Notes: generated by a model from the letters alone, not told the origin. Positions 31,102-41,062 are shown, numbered from the stretch's first letter. The stretch is 64,000 bases of DNA from an uncultured Phycisphaerales bacterium (GCA_963755915.1 CAVWLP010000002.1:2144001-2208000); one strand, 5' to 3'. Translations and numbers: made by a program.

Positions 31102-31629
31102 TCAATACAAAACTGGACACTCCGCAACAATATGGGAATAATGGGTGGTTTGGGTAAGGGAATAGGCGACGAAAATGCACGATTGCGAAGGAGAAATTTG
31201 AATTTGCGACCGGCGTTTCGCGGCTACAATTGGGAGCGGCGATTTGGGGGGGCGGCCTGGGCAGCTCTTAGGAAACCGGCGTTCTACGCAACCGAGCTGC
31301 GCGGCGCTAAGGGGCGGCAAAACGCGATCGATTCGTTCGATCGTCTCGATTCGCGGCAGATGCTTCGCCGATTCAAGGCGGCTGATCGTCTCGGGACGCA
31401 CACCAACCCGTTTGGCGAGTTCCTGTTGGGTCATTCCGGCTGCGATTCGCCGACGAATCACCTCGCGGGCGATGTCTGCCGCCGCAAATTGGAGGGCGGG
31501 AACCGAACCGTCCTTGGCCGGTTTTGGCAAACGCGGCATGACACCGGTTTTTTCCATCAGCGAGTCGAAGTCTGATCGGCTCATGATGACCAACTCCTTG
31601 CCGTCGATCTTGATCATACGGACTGCCAT
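31102..31629 (-). CDS. XRE HTH protein (orphan antitoxin-like); the C-terminal tail may be read-through
   Basis: RRIAAGMTQQELAKRVGVRPETISRLESAKH. Confidence 0.75.
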   Translation of the reverse strand: MAVRMIKIDGKELVIMSRSDFDSLMEKTGVMPRLPKPAKDGSVPALQFAAADIAREVIRRRIAAGMTQQELAKRVGVRPETISRLESAKHLPRIETIERIDRVLPPLSAAQLGCVERRFPKSCPGRPPKSPLPIVAAKRRSQIQISPSQSCIFVAYSLTQTTHYSHIVAECPVLY

Positions 31630-32336
31630 TGTTCAATCTCCGTAAAAGCTGTCGGATTGTTTTCCGCCGGCAAGAGCTGATCGTTTTTGGGCCATTTTAC
31701 CCCTACTTTTTGGGTCGTGATCTACCAATACCCTGTCGCTATTCGGCCAACTTTGCAACGGTTTTTAGGCCGTTGACGACCTGAAATTGACCATTGTCGG
31801 ACAGAAACTGTCCGTCGCGATCAAGATAAATCAATGAGTTAAGCGGTTCCTCTTTCTTATACTTAAAAGGTCTATCGGAACTCCGCCGCCGAGCGCGCTT
31901 TAAACGCTGGCGACGGCGGCGGAGGAATCTGTCGTCGATAAGCAGCGAACAAATGTAGATAAGTTTTCTGACACACGCCATACCGAGCCAGCCGAGATTC
32001 CCAGGTGGCATTCAAACACCATAGCTCTCCTCGCACCCTGGGCGGGATAAACGATGGGGCTGTTGAAATATCAAGATCATGGTGCGAAGATTCCTCGCAT
32101 GTCGAGATTGAAAACATTTTCCGCTGGACGTCTCCGGTGCACGCTTCCACTGGCCGAATGGAAATTTTTGCGTAACAATTTCGTGCGACGGAATCGCCTC
32201 GGTATCCGTCAACTGCGAAGACATTTAGCGCTCAGCCCACTGCCACATTGGCGTGTGATGGCTATCTAAGGGAACGCATGACCAAGCGAGGCGGCGAGCT
32301 AACGACCGCAACATCGCTCGACACGAAATTCAAAGC

Positions 32337-32630
32337 ATGGCTTGGGCGCGCGTGAAAGGGGCGACGGAGAACGCGTTGATGCAGGTGTTCAAACGTGCGT
32401 TTATGTTTCGGCCGGGGTTTTTGAAGGCGACGCCCGGACAGAGGAATCTGCCGACGTCGTACCGCCTTTTTCAGTGGGTCTATCCTATCGGGCGGCTGGC
32501 ATATCCGGCGGGGTTTTGCACGTTGCACGAATTGGGGCGGGCGATGATCAATGTGGCGATGAAGGGGTATGCGAAGCCGATTCTGGAAGTGAAGGATATT
32601 GTTCGAGCGGGCTCCGATATGAGTCACTGA
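32337..32630 (+). pseudogene. C-terminal fragment of an NAD(P)-binding epimerase-like protein
   Basis: WARVKGATENAL...FRPG...LGRAMI...ILEVKDI; Rossmann N-terminus absent. Confidence 0.65.
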
Positions 32631-32831
32631 TGGTAACCGCGGATGAACCCTGATAACGGCTGATGGTGCCGGGTTAATGCTCCATGACATCCGGCGGTGA
32701 AACGCCGTCCTTCGGCCGATGCACCCTGCCGGTGGTGACCATTATTTAAGTCGAGAGGTTCATCGATATTTCAATGTCATGCGGTGATTTGTGAGGTTAT
32801 AATGCACTAGAGCCGATAAGGATTGAAGCTT

Positions 32832-33124
32832 ATGTACCAGGTCCAACTAAGCGAAAAGCTATACCGTGAGGCCGAGCGCCAGCGCGCGAGGCGGGTTTCA
32901 CGACTGTCGACGAATACGTGGCCGAAATTGTCAGTCAGGACCTGGTGGACGATTTTGTCGTGGAGACTCCCAACCTGGATCATCTGTTTACGCCCGACCG
33001 GCTCGCGGAGATCGACGAAGCGCAGGAGCAAATCAAAGCCGGGAACTTTTACACCGCCCAGCAGGTGCGCGAACATTTCAAGCGGAAGCGGGCAGAATGG
33101 AAAAAGAGGAATCCTTCGGCCTGA
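32832..33124 (+). CDS. Putative antitoxin, frameshifted at about 32883
   Basis: MYQVQLSEKLYREAERQ then AREAGFTTVDEYVAEIV in the next frame; overlaps the toxin start. Confidence 0.65.
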
Positions 33125-33444
33125 CCGTCATCTACGCGGCCAACGCTCTCGCGGAATTGGATGAAATCTGGGATTGGAACGAGGAATTCTACAGCGCCAA
33201 CCACGCGGACCAGTACGTGGCGTTTTTGCAGCGGCACATCGATAAGCTGGGGGAAGATCATCAGCGGGGACAATCGCTCAGTTTTCGCTCGGAATTGAGA
33301 TATATTTTTATTCGTCGCAGGTCCAAAGGATACGGCCACGTTGCCGTCTACCGCGTTGATCAAGAGCGAGTGAATGTTCTTCATGTCTTTCATTCGGCTC
33401 AGGACTGGCGGACGAAATTAAAGGAAGAGCTGGATGAGGAATGA
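33097..33444 (+). CDS. ParE/RelE-family toxin
   Basis: VIYAANALAELDEIWDW...GHVAVYRVDQERVNVLHVFHSAQDW. Confidence 0.82.
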   Translation: MEKEESFGLTVIYAANALAELDEIWDWNEEFYSANHADQYVAFLQRHIDKLGEDHQRGQSLSFRSELRYIFIRRRSKGYGHVAVYRVDQERVNVLHVFHSAQDWRTKLKEELDEE

Positions 33445-33543
33445 ATCGCGGAGCGATTCGGGTTGCAGCTATTGGGCCGGTTTGTGGGGGGAAAGGATCA
33501 TTGGAAGGCTCGTTTATGAGAACTTCAGGCAGTGTTCAGTTTA

Positions 33544-33586
33544 GGCCCTCACCCCGACCCTCTCCCGGCGTACCGGGAGAGGGGGA
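33544..33586. repeat. REP-like palindrome, copy 1
   Basis: ccctcaccccgaccctctcccggcgtaccgggagagggg. Confidence 0.85.
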
Positions 33587-33644
33587 AGAGACGCAAAAGC
33601 GGTTGCCCGGGTAAATCTCTGGGGATTCACTTGCGTGCTTGGCG

Positions 33645-33876
33645 GAGGTATTGACGCACGCGGAATACAGCGAAGATCATTGGAAGGCTCGTTTACCCGC
33701 TTGAGATTTTGCGGTTCCTGATGGAGCAAAACGATATGAATGTTTCCGACCTCGGCAAAGTCCTCGGCAACAAAACTGCCGCCTCGCTCGTCCTCAGCGG
33801 CAAAAGAGAATTGAGCAAAGCCCACATCCGCAAACTTGCGGCCCGGTTCAAAGTCGATCCCGGCCTGTTTCTGTAA
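33645..33876 (+). pseudogene. Fused higB 3' end and higA C-terminal HTH remnant
   Basis: EVLTHAEYSEDHWKARL (33645-33695), then PLEILRFLMEQ...GKRELSKAHIRKLAARFKVDPGLFL* (33697-33876). Confidence 0.72.
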
Positions 33877-33964
33877 GCGAAACGCTACCCGCACCGTCTC
33901 GTAATTGGAGCGGAAGCAATACAGCCATTATGCTGTGTTGAGGTCCTTGTTGATCGGTATTCCG

Positions 33965-34005
33965 GCCCCCACCCTCACCCTCCCCCGGAGTACCAGGAGA
34001 GGGGA
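33965..34005. repeat. REP-like palindrome, copy 2
   Basis: cccccaccctcaccctcccccggagtaccaggagagggga. Confidence 0.82.
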
Positions 34006-34053
34006 TAAGAGCGCGGATTGCCGAAGGTTATCAACAGAGCAGCGCGTTCAGGC

Positions 34054-35052
34054 ATGGGCAGCGAATCTCCATCCCACTCTCGACCCAACTACGGCATCGA
34101 TGCCCCCGATGTCGTCCGCAACCTTTTCGTTATCGGAGCCGTCGGCATCATCCTCGCCACTCTGCTCGCCCTCGCTGAATCCCATGGCTTTCTCATCTTC
34201 ATCCGGTTTCTCCTCACCCCCCTCTGGTTCATCGGCATCACCTTCGTTCTGCAGGGCTTCGTCATGCTCTGGGGCAGCAAGGTCGGAAAACTCCGCCTTC
34301 GCGACAAGCTGATCGCCTCGATGCCCTGGCGTGGCGACGAAACCGTCCTCGACGTCGGCTGCGGCCGCGGGCTTCTCCTCATCGCCGCCGCCCGGCAGCT
34401 CCGCTCCGGCAAAGCCATTGGCGTTGATATCTGGCAAACCGAAGATCAAACCGGCAATTCCCCCGACGCCACCTGGCAGAACATCCGCCTCGAAAACGTC
34501 GTCGACCGCATCGAACTGCAAGACGCCGATGCTCGCAAACTGCCCTTCCCCGACAACACCTTTGACGTCGTCCTCTCAAGCTGGGCGATTCACAACATCT
34601 ACAGCACCGCCGGCCGCGAGACGGCGCTGGGCGAAATGATCCGCGTCCTGAAGCCCGGCGGCCGCCTCGCCATCGTCGACATTCGCCACGTGCCGCAGTA
34701 CGCCGAATTCCTCAGCCGGCACAATTTGCTCGATATCCAGCAATCGCGCCCCAGCTATCTGTTCGTCATCCCCACGCTCACGCTCACCGCCCGGAAACCG
34801 CAAAGCTCTGTTCCGGCAGCCTCTCTTCCCGATGCGTCGGCAGCGACTCCAGAAACTCCTCCCCCGCCCCCGCAAACCACGCCAGCCCATGATGCACCCG
34901 CCGGGGCCGCAGGATCGGGCGAAACGTCGCCGCCGCTGCCAGCAAAATCATCGGCAGCACGATTGCCAGAATCTCCAGGAGAGGGCGGATTTTCGCCGCA
35001 TAGCGGCAGTCCACCCAGCAGAATAGATTCGCCAGCCCCAGAAATCCGATGA
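34054..35052 (+). CDS. Class I SAM-dependent methyltransferase with N-terminal TM helices
   Basis: VLDVGCGRG, DARKLPFPDNTFDVV and RVLKPGG motifs; Pro-rich tail overlaps the convergent gene. Confidence 0.88.
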   Translation: MGSESPSHSRPNYGIDAPDVVRNLFVIGAVGIILATLLALAESHGFLIFIRFLLTPLWFIGITFVLQGFVMLWGSKVGKLRLRDKLIASMPWRGDETVLDVGCGRGLLLIAAARQLRSGKAIGVDIWQTEDQTGNSPDATWQNIRLENVVDRIELQDADARKLPFPDNTFDVVLSSWAIHNIYSTAGRETALGEMIRVLKPGGRLAIVDIRHVPQYAEFLSRHNLLDIQQSRPSYLFVIPTLTLTARKPQSSVPAASLPDASAATPETPPPPPQTTPAHDAPAGAAGSGETSPPLPAKSSAARLPESPGEGGFSPHSGSPPSRIDSPAPEIR

Positions 35053-35383
35053 TCGCCGCGCGCCCGAGTACCTGCATCCGATGCCGCAGGCACATGCTGT
35101 ACGCGACGTCGATCGGCCGGTCGTCTGCGCAGTGCGCATTCCATCCCGCAGAACTGAAAAGCGGATACCACGGGCTCAGCGTCGAAATCCGCCGGACCAT
35201 GCGCAGCCCCCCGCACTCGGCGTTGCACTTCACGCAGCGCGTCGGAAGCACGCACGCGGGCGAGATCACAAACAGCATCCCGTCGCGCTGCGGAGTTAGA
35301 ACGGCCTCAGATGTTTCCAGTTCGATCAAGTACGTTCGCGCGGCTTGCGCCGTGCGCCTCAGTTCCTCTATCGCAATATCCAA
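34784..35383 (-). CDS. Hypothetical membrane protein with CxxC
   Basis: LPTRCVKCN...CLRH; two hydrophobic helices; GAGEEFLESLP end; follows adk on the same strand. Confidence 0.65.
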   Translation of the reverse strand: MDIAIEELRRTAQAARTYLIELETSEAVLTPQRDGMLFVISPACVLPTRCVKCNAECGGLRMVRRISTLSPWYPLFSSAGWNAHCADDRPIDVAYSMCLRHRMQVLGRAAIIGFLGLANLFCWVDCRYAAKIRPLLEILAIVLPMILLAAAATFRPILRPRRVHHGLAWFAGAGEEFLESLPTHREERLPEQSFAVSGR

Positions 35384-35408
35384 TAGAACCCCCGGCCCCG
35401 CAAAACCC

Positions 35409-36002
35409 TCACCAAACCCGGTTCACGGCTTCCACAACCGCCAGAATATCGGCCGTCACTTCTTGCACCGGCCTCGTCGCGTTGATGTTATAAACCTTAT
35501 TCCTCCCGTAAAACTCCAGCAGCGGCTGCGTCTGCTCTTCATACACATCGATGCGGTGGCGGATCACTTCGATATTCGTGTCATCCGCGCGGTTTTCAAT
35601 CGCCGCCCGCTTGCTGAGCCGGGCGACGATCTGCTCCACGTCATTGCAGTAAAGGTTCAGCACGGCGCGCACGTCCAGGTCCTCGGCCATGAGGCGTGCC
35701 TGATCGAGCGTCCGCGGAATCCCATCCAGCAAAAGAAACTGATCCACCGGCTTATATTTTCCGGACGCCACCCGCTCCTGAATCGCGCCGCGCCACAATC
35801 GGACCGTGAGCTCATCCGGCACCAGCGCCCCACTCTTCGAATACTTCGCAAACTCCTTGCCGATGTCGCTATTCGGATCCAGCGCCCGAAAGACGTCGCC
35901 GCACGCGCAATGATAATAGGGCGGCATGGCGCCAAGAACCTTCCCCTGTGTTCCCTTCCCGCTGCCGGGCGGGCCGAAAAGCAGAATGGTGCGGTATGGC
36001 AT
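35409..36002 (-). CDS. adk: Adenylate kinase family protein
   Basis: GPPGSGKGTQ, GALVPD, LDGIPRT and RADD motifs. Confidence 0.9.
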   Translation of the reverse strand: MPYRTILLFGPPGSGKGTQGKVLGAMPPYYHCACGDVFRALDPNSDIGKEFAKYSKSGALVPDELTVRLWRGAIQERVASGKYKPVDQFLLLDGIPRTLDQARLMAEDLDVRAVLNLYCNDVEQIVARLSKRAAIENRADDTNIEVIRHRIDVYEEQTQPLLEFYGRNKVYNINATRPVQEVTADILAVVEAVNRVW

Positions 36003-36092
36003 AGAGGAGCGATTTCTCGATTGGCCAGGCAAACTGCCCGACGGGCGAAAGTATACCGGACAGAGCCTTTAGGGCATGAGGTTCAAAAACGA

Positions 36093-36620
36093 TCACGAAT
36101 TCAAGCCCAGCCGCCTGCGGTAAATCGCCGCATCGCCCGAGTCAAAGCAGCAAAATATGATTTCTTTCGGACGCGGATTCCGGGCCAACCACTCGACCAC
36201 CGCGGCCACCGCCACGTCACAGGCCTCCGCTTTCGGATACCCGTAAACCCCTGTGGAAATGCACGGAAAAGCAATCGACTCCAACCCCGCCTCAGCGGCA
36301 AGGCGAAGCGACTCGCGATAACACGCCCCCAGCAATTCCGCCTCACGGTATCCACCCCCATCCCAAACCGGCCCCACCGCGTGAATCACATGCCGCGCCT
36401 TTAGCCGATGCCCGCCCGTCATCTTCGCCATCCCCGTCGCGCAACCGCCCAACTTTCCGCACTCCGCCAAAAGCCCCGGCCCGGCTGCCTGATGAATCGC
36501 CCCATCAACTCCGCCACCGCCAAGCAGCGAGTGATTGGCGGCGTTCACGATGGCGTCAACTTCCAACTTCGTGATATCGCCCTCGATAACTCGGATGCGG
36601 TTGTGTAAAGCGAGTGCCAT
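36093..36620 (-). CDS. Macrodomain protein (O-acetyl-ADP-ribose deacetylase, YmdB-like)
   Basis: GDIT, NAAN, GGGGVDGAIH and FPCISTGVYG motifs. Confidence 0.93.
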   Translation of the reverse strand: MALALHNRIRVIEGDITKLEVDAIVNAANHSLLGGGGVDGAIHQAAGPGLLAECGKLGGCATGMAKMTGGHRLKARHVIHAVGPVWDGGGYREAELLGACYRESLRLAAEAGLESIAFPCISTGVYGYPKAEACDVAVAAVVEWLARNPRPKEIIFCCFDSGDAAIYRRRLGLNS

Positions 36621-36723
36621 CCAGGGTTATTTTACTTTTTCAGTATAGGGTCGCCACAGTCAGGTGGTCTGGCCCAACACGTTGCGATCGCGTTGGGGAC
36701 TCGCTTCAGGTTAACGCACAAAT

Positions 36724-37335
36724 TCAATCGGCCCGCGGACTATGTCTAAGCGAATCAAGATATCGCGGAAGTTCCGTAAGCGGCAAAAATCCATGGTCGC
36801 CAGGGGATTCCGGAAGAGCGGTCACCTCAACGGGACCAATCTCGCTCGACGAGCTTCGTTCGCCCAGCGCGGTATCGAGGATGACATACACGGCGTTTAC
36901 CGCTTGCCGCCTCGTCGTTTTTGCCATGTTCCGAATACCAACTCTAAGCCCCAGCCGCTCGGCTTGTGAGCTCTTCCTCAGCGGCAAAAACCACATCGAT
37001 TCAGGATCGAACTCAACCCCTTCATAATTTGTTTTGAAATCAAAACCCATCGGAGGTTTAAGCGCCGTAAATTTCCAACCCGCGATTTTTGGCGCACGAG
37101 CGATTATGGCCTCAACTACCGGAAACGCCTCTCGATCACCCTGTGCTGTAATGACGAAGTCGCGAATGCCACCATCGGGGTTCGAAACCTCGAACCAAAG
37201 GCGTTTATCAATACGCTTCAATTCCGCCAGCGGAATATCCCAGGAAGGGTCACCTCCGTTGGTCAGTGCACTTACCTCGGGCAGGTGAGATTGAAACCAG
37301 GTCCAGAACTCGTGAATTAGGTCACTCATCACCAA
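36724..37335 (-). CDS. Hypothetical protein
   Basis: 203-aa ORF starting 12 nt after the DUF2063-like gene on the same strand; FWTWF...ILDTALGE. Confidence 0.7.
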   Translation of the reverse strand: MVMSDLIHEFWTWFQSHLPEVSALTNGGDPSWDIPLAELKRIDKRLWFEVSNPDGGIRDFVITAQGDREAFPVVEAIIARAPKIAGWKFTALKPPMGFDFKTNYEGVEFDPESMWFLPLRKSSQAERLGLRVGIRNMAKTTRRQAVNAVYVILDTALGERSSSSEIGPVEVTALPESPGDHGFLPLTELPRYLDSLRHSPRAD

Positions 37336-37346
37336 CCTGTGAACCG

Positions 37347-38255
37347 TCAGCCTCGTTTACAAAACCACCCCAGCCCCGTCCAACTCTCAAACCACCGCCG
37401 AATCAATTCCGGATCGGGGCTGTTCGCAAAGGCCGCCTTGATCGCCTTCCCCAGGGTTGCCCCCTTATCGAGTTCCGTCAGCAACTGATACCCGCGCTCC
37501 TCGATCCGCTTGTAATACAACATATTCTCCACCCGATGCACCACCACAAACGTCTCCTTCGCCCGCGGAATCGGCGGCTGTCTCACCACCCGCGCCTTTT
37601 CCGGCGATTGCTCCTCCATCGCATTGCTCGCATCCTTGCGCAGATCCCTTTTTTTAAGCCGGATCAGATACTCATCCAGCGGATACCCCAGCCGCAGCAC
37701 CGTCAGATAAGGCTGAAGCCCCAGCCGGATTTTCGCCGGATCTTTCCCCAGCAGATCGTCCACCGTCACCGCCGGCAGCGCGTTGCCGTCAAACGCCTCC
37801 ACCTGGGCCCACTCGAACCTGGCCATATCCAGCGCCAGCCCAAGCCGCGGCGAAACCAGTTTTGGATTCTTCTCGATAAATTCCGCTAGCGCGTGCCCCA
37901 AATTTCTCATCGTGAAGGAGGTCGACGGATGCGTCTCCAGATATCGGACCGCGAGTTTGTTGAATTTCAATCGCCCCAGTATCGCCCGCAGCCCCGGGAA
38001 ATCGCCGTAAAACGAATCGATGAGCCGAAACCAGTATTGCCGGTTGTAGATTTCGATCCGCTCGAAGCTCGTCAATCGGTCGTTGGGCTTGATGAATTCC
38101 GCCGTCACCTTGCGCATATCGCGCTGGTTTTTCCATTTCGATTGCATCCTCCACTGACGCGACAGCGGCCGCATGATGACCGCCCCGGCGAGCCGCTGAA
38201 GCTCGCGCAGTTCCCCCAGCGTCTGCCTTCTTCGTTTTGGGACGGTCTTTGTCAT
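37347..38255 (-). CDS. MNIO partner protein (DUF2063-like)
   Basis: RIEIYNRQYWFRL...FPGL...F...YL..HPS...DMARFEWA; coupled to the DUF692 gene. Confidence 0.85.
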   Translation of the reverse strand: MTKTVPKRRRQTLGELRELQRLAGAVIMRPLSRQWRMQSKWKNQRDMRKVTAEFIKPNDRLTSFERIEIYNRQYWFRLIDSFYGDFPGLRAILGRLKFNKLAVRYLETHPSTSFTMRNLGHALAEFIEKNPKLVSPRLGLALDMARFEWAQVEAFDGNALPAVTVDDLLGKDPAKIRLGLQPYLTVLRLGYPLDEYLIRLKKRDLRKDASNAMEEQSPEKARVVRQPPIPRAKETFVVVHRVENMLYYKRIEERGYQLLTELDKGATLGKAIKAAFANSPDPELIRRWFESWTGLGWFCKRG

Positions 38256-39139
38256 ACCATCGCCACCGCCGTTTGCGCTGCCAGCTCCCGGTCGTTTTTC
38301 TTATCCTTCACGGCATCCAGAAATTTCTTCGCCTTCATCGCCTCGCGATGAACCTCCTCGAACGACGGAATATTCGCGTCCCACTCCAGCAGCGTCGACG
38401 TCGGCCCGCATTTGCGGATCGCATGTGCATACATCTTCCACACCGGGTCCAGCACCGGATGGTCGTGCGTGTCCAGGATATATTTCTCGTACTTCGTATG
38501 CCCCGCGATGTGCATCTGTCCGACCCGATGGTGGGGAATGTTGTTCAGATATTCATACGGATCGAAACTGTGGTTCTTGCTCGACACATAGATGTTGTTC
38601 ACATCCAGCAAAATCCCGCAGTCCGCCCGTTCCACGACTTCGCTCAGGAATTCCCACTCCGTCATCTCCGAAGCGTGGTATTCCGCGTAGCTGCTCACGT
38701 TCTCCACGCAGACGGGAATCTCCAGAAAATCCCTGACCTCTTTAATCCGCTTGGCCGTATTCTTCGCGCACGCAAACGTGTAAGGCGTCGGCAGCAGGTC
38801 GTGCGTATAGGTTCCATCCACGCTTCCCCAGCACAGATGATCCGACAAGAACGGCGTCTTCGTCCGCTTCACCAGGTTCTTGAGCCGTTTGAGCTGCTCC
38901 CGATCCATCCGGTCGGTCGAGCCGAAATAAAGCGCCACCCCATGCTGAATCACCTGGTACTGCTCAAGAATCTCGTCCAGCACTTCCAGCGGCCGCCCCG
39001 CGTCGCACATATAGTTTTCGGAAATAATCTCAAACCAATCGCAGGTCGGCTTCTTGCTCAGAATATGCCGGTAGTGCGGAATCCTCAGCCCGATCCCAAT
39101 CCCCAGCTCCGTAAACCCGTTAAATCGATTGGCCGGCAT
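38252..39139 (-). CDS. DUF692 multinuclear non-heme iron oxidase (MNIO)
   Basis: GIGLRIPH, EIISENY, SDHLCW, ENVSSY, LLDVNN, HIAGH, DTH and LLEWD motifs. Confidence 0.94.
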   Translation of the reverse strand: MPANRFNGFTELGIGIGLRIPHYRHILSKKPTCDWFEIISENYMCDAGRPLEVLDEILEQYQVIQHGVALYFGSTDRMDREQLKRLKNLVKRTKTPFLSDHLCWGSVDGTYTHDLLPTPYTFACAKNTAKRIKEVRDFLEIPVCVENVSSYAEYHASEMTEWEFLSEVVERADCGILLDVNNIYVSSKNHSFDPYEYLNNIPHHRVGQMHIAGHTKYEKYILDTHDHPVLDPVWKMYAHAIRKCGPTSTLLEWDANIPSFEEVHREAMKAKKFLDAVKDKKNDRELAAQTAVAMV

Positions 39140-39167
39140 AGGTCCTCACGCGCTTCGATATGATCCG

Positions 39168-39200
39168 AAAAAAGGGACCCGGCGCTTGCGCCGGATCCCT
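39168..39200 (-). terminator. Intrinsic terminator between the precursor and MNIO genes
   Basis: Minus strand agggatccggcgc-aa-gcgccgggtccct followed by a T-run. Confidence 0.75.
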
Positions 39201-39225
39201 CATTTTTTCAAGCAACGCTGTCCGA

Positions 39226-39549
39226 TTAGAACGACAGCGAGCCGGAGGTCTTGCAACCGCCGTTGCCTTTGCAGCTATTCTTGCCTTTACACCCGTTGTC
39301 GCCGGTGCTGCACCCGCCCTGGCCCTTGCAGTCGTTCTTGCCTTTGCAATCGTGCTGGGTCGTCGCGCCGTCCATCGCCCGGGCCTTCACGCCCGCGTTG
39401 GCCACGATCGACGCCTTGACCGACGTAGACTGCGAAATTCCCGCCGTCGCCGCCTTCGCATGGCTCGTTGCTCCGCTGAGCAGTCCCGCGAACGCCGCCG
39501 CCGCCAGCAATCCCGTCGACGATCCCAATATTTTCGTGCTGCGCTTCAT
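39226..39549 (-). CDS. Cys-rich secreted RiPP precursor (bufferin BufA2-like)
   Basis: GAAAGGA RBS; signal peptide; two CKGKNxCKGxGGC repeats; directly upstream of DUF692. Confidence 0.85.
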   Translation of the reverse strand: MKRSTKILGSSTGLLAAAAFAGLLSGATSHAKAATAGISQSTSVKASIVANAGVKARAMDGATTQHDCKGKNDCKGQGGCSTGDNGCKGKNSCKGNGGCKTSGSLSF

Positions 39550-39940
39550 AGAATCTTTCCTTTCGAGGTGGAACCTCGGAACCTTGCAAAACGTTTGCAA
39601 TGCCCCGCGATTCATTATTTGTTTTGCGTACCCTGATCGTTAAAAACAACCAGTTATCTCTTTCGCTGCTGCGTCGAAAAGCCTCCTTTCCGATTCCAGA
39701 GCGAATAGCCCTGCGTTGCTCCCTGTTTCGAGGTGTCTCCACACCCATTATACGAATCCGGCATTTCCCACAAAAAACTGCCAGTTTTCCTACACACCCA
39801 CTATACGCAAACCCCAATTGCCCGGATGAGTTAAAAACATGCAAGCGCTATGTTAAGCGCAAAGAGCGGCCATCCCGCCGCCCGCTATTCCCACGACGAA
39901 ATGACGCAAATCCCGACTTCGCGCCGCCTATTTCCACGGC

Positions 39941-41062
39941 TTACTTTTTTTGCGGTTCCGACCCGTGCCCCAGTTTTGCCTTCAGCTCTTCGACCTCTTC
40001 CTTCAACTTTCGGATGGTGACCACCAGGTCCGGCAGCCGTCGCTGCGCCGCGTTTTCCCGCAGGCTCTGCCGATGCGGAAGCGCCGGCATGCCGCTGACG
40101 ATCTCGTTCGCCTCGACGTCGTTCGCCACCGCCGCGCACGCCGCCACCATCGCCCCATCCCCGATCCGGATATGGTCGCGCAGCGCCGCCTGTCCTCCCA
40201 GCGAAACCTGCGTTCCCAGCACCGCGCTTCCCGCCAAACCCGCCTGCCCGGCGATAACGCAGTGCTCCCCGATCACCACGTTATGACCGATCTGCACCAG
40301 ATTATCGATTTTGGTCCCCCGTCCGATCTGCGTCACGCTGAATTTCGCCCGGTCGATGCAGACGCATGAACCGATCTCCACATCATCCCCGATCACCACG
40401 TTCCCGATCTGCGGAATCTTCGCCTGCTTCGTCCCATCCCACCGGTATCCGAATCCATCCGTCCCCAGCACGCTACCGGCATTGATCGACACCCGCGACC
40501 CAATCCGAATCCGCTCGCGGATCGTCACATTCGGGAAAATCTCGCAATCCTCCCCGATCACCACGTCCTTCCCGATGTAGACCAGCGGGTGAATGACCGA
40601 TCCCTTCCCGATCTGCGCTCCCGCCCCGATCACGCAAAACGCCCCGATCGAAACATTGGGTCCGATTTTTGCCGTCGGATCGACCACCGCCCGCGCATCC
40701 GTCCCCGGCGCCGGACGCTCCCGCTCCGGCGCAAATGCCTCCAGCACCTTCGCCATCGCCAGGTCCGCGTCGCTTACCGTCAGAACGATCGCCCGCGGCG
40801 TCTCCGTCAGGTGGATCTTCTTATGCACCAGCACCGCCCCCGCGGCCGTCGCATTGAACTCCTTCAAAAACGCTTCCGAACCCAGAAACGAAATGTCGCT
40901 CGGACCCGCTTCCGTCAGCGCGGCAACGCCCGTGATCCGCAAGTCCCCCGGTGGGGCGCAACCCAGCATCGCCGCGATCTCACGTAAACCGATCCCTCGA
41001 GAACCATTCTTCATCGGCCTCTGATCTGATTCGAGAAGCGATCGCTCATCCATCACGCTCAA
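39941..41062 (-). CDS. lpxD: UDP-3-O-acylglucosamine N-acyltransferase
   Basis: Hexapeptide repeats, DGFGY, KIDNLVQIGHN; follows skp. Confidence 0.94.
   Translation of the reverse strand: MSVMDERSLLESDQRPMKNGSRGIGLREIAAMLGCAPPGDLRITGVAALTEAGPSDISFLGSEAFLKEFNATAAGAVLVHKKIHLTETPRAIVLTVSDADLAMAKVLEAFAPERERPAPGTDARAVVDPTAKIGPNVSIGAFCVIGAGAQIGKGSVIHPLVYIGKDVVIGEDCEIFPNVTIRERIRIGSRVSINAGSVLGTDGFGYRWDGTKQAKIPQIGNVVIGDDVEIGSCVCIDRAKFSVTQIGRGTKIDNLVQIGHNVVIGEHCVIAGQAGLAGSAVLGTQVSLGGQAALRDHIRIGDGAMVAACAAVANDVEANEIVSGMPALPHRQSLRENAAQRRLPDLVVTIRKLKEEVEELKAKLGHGSEPQKK

Noticed and set aside
33496-33695. Direct repeats as a mini-CRISPR
   Set aside because: Only two copies with a 158-nt gap, no cas genes, and the repeat is explained as higB coding sequence
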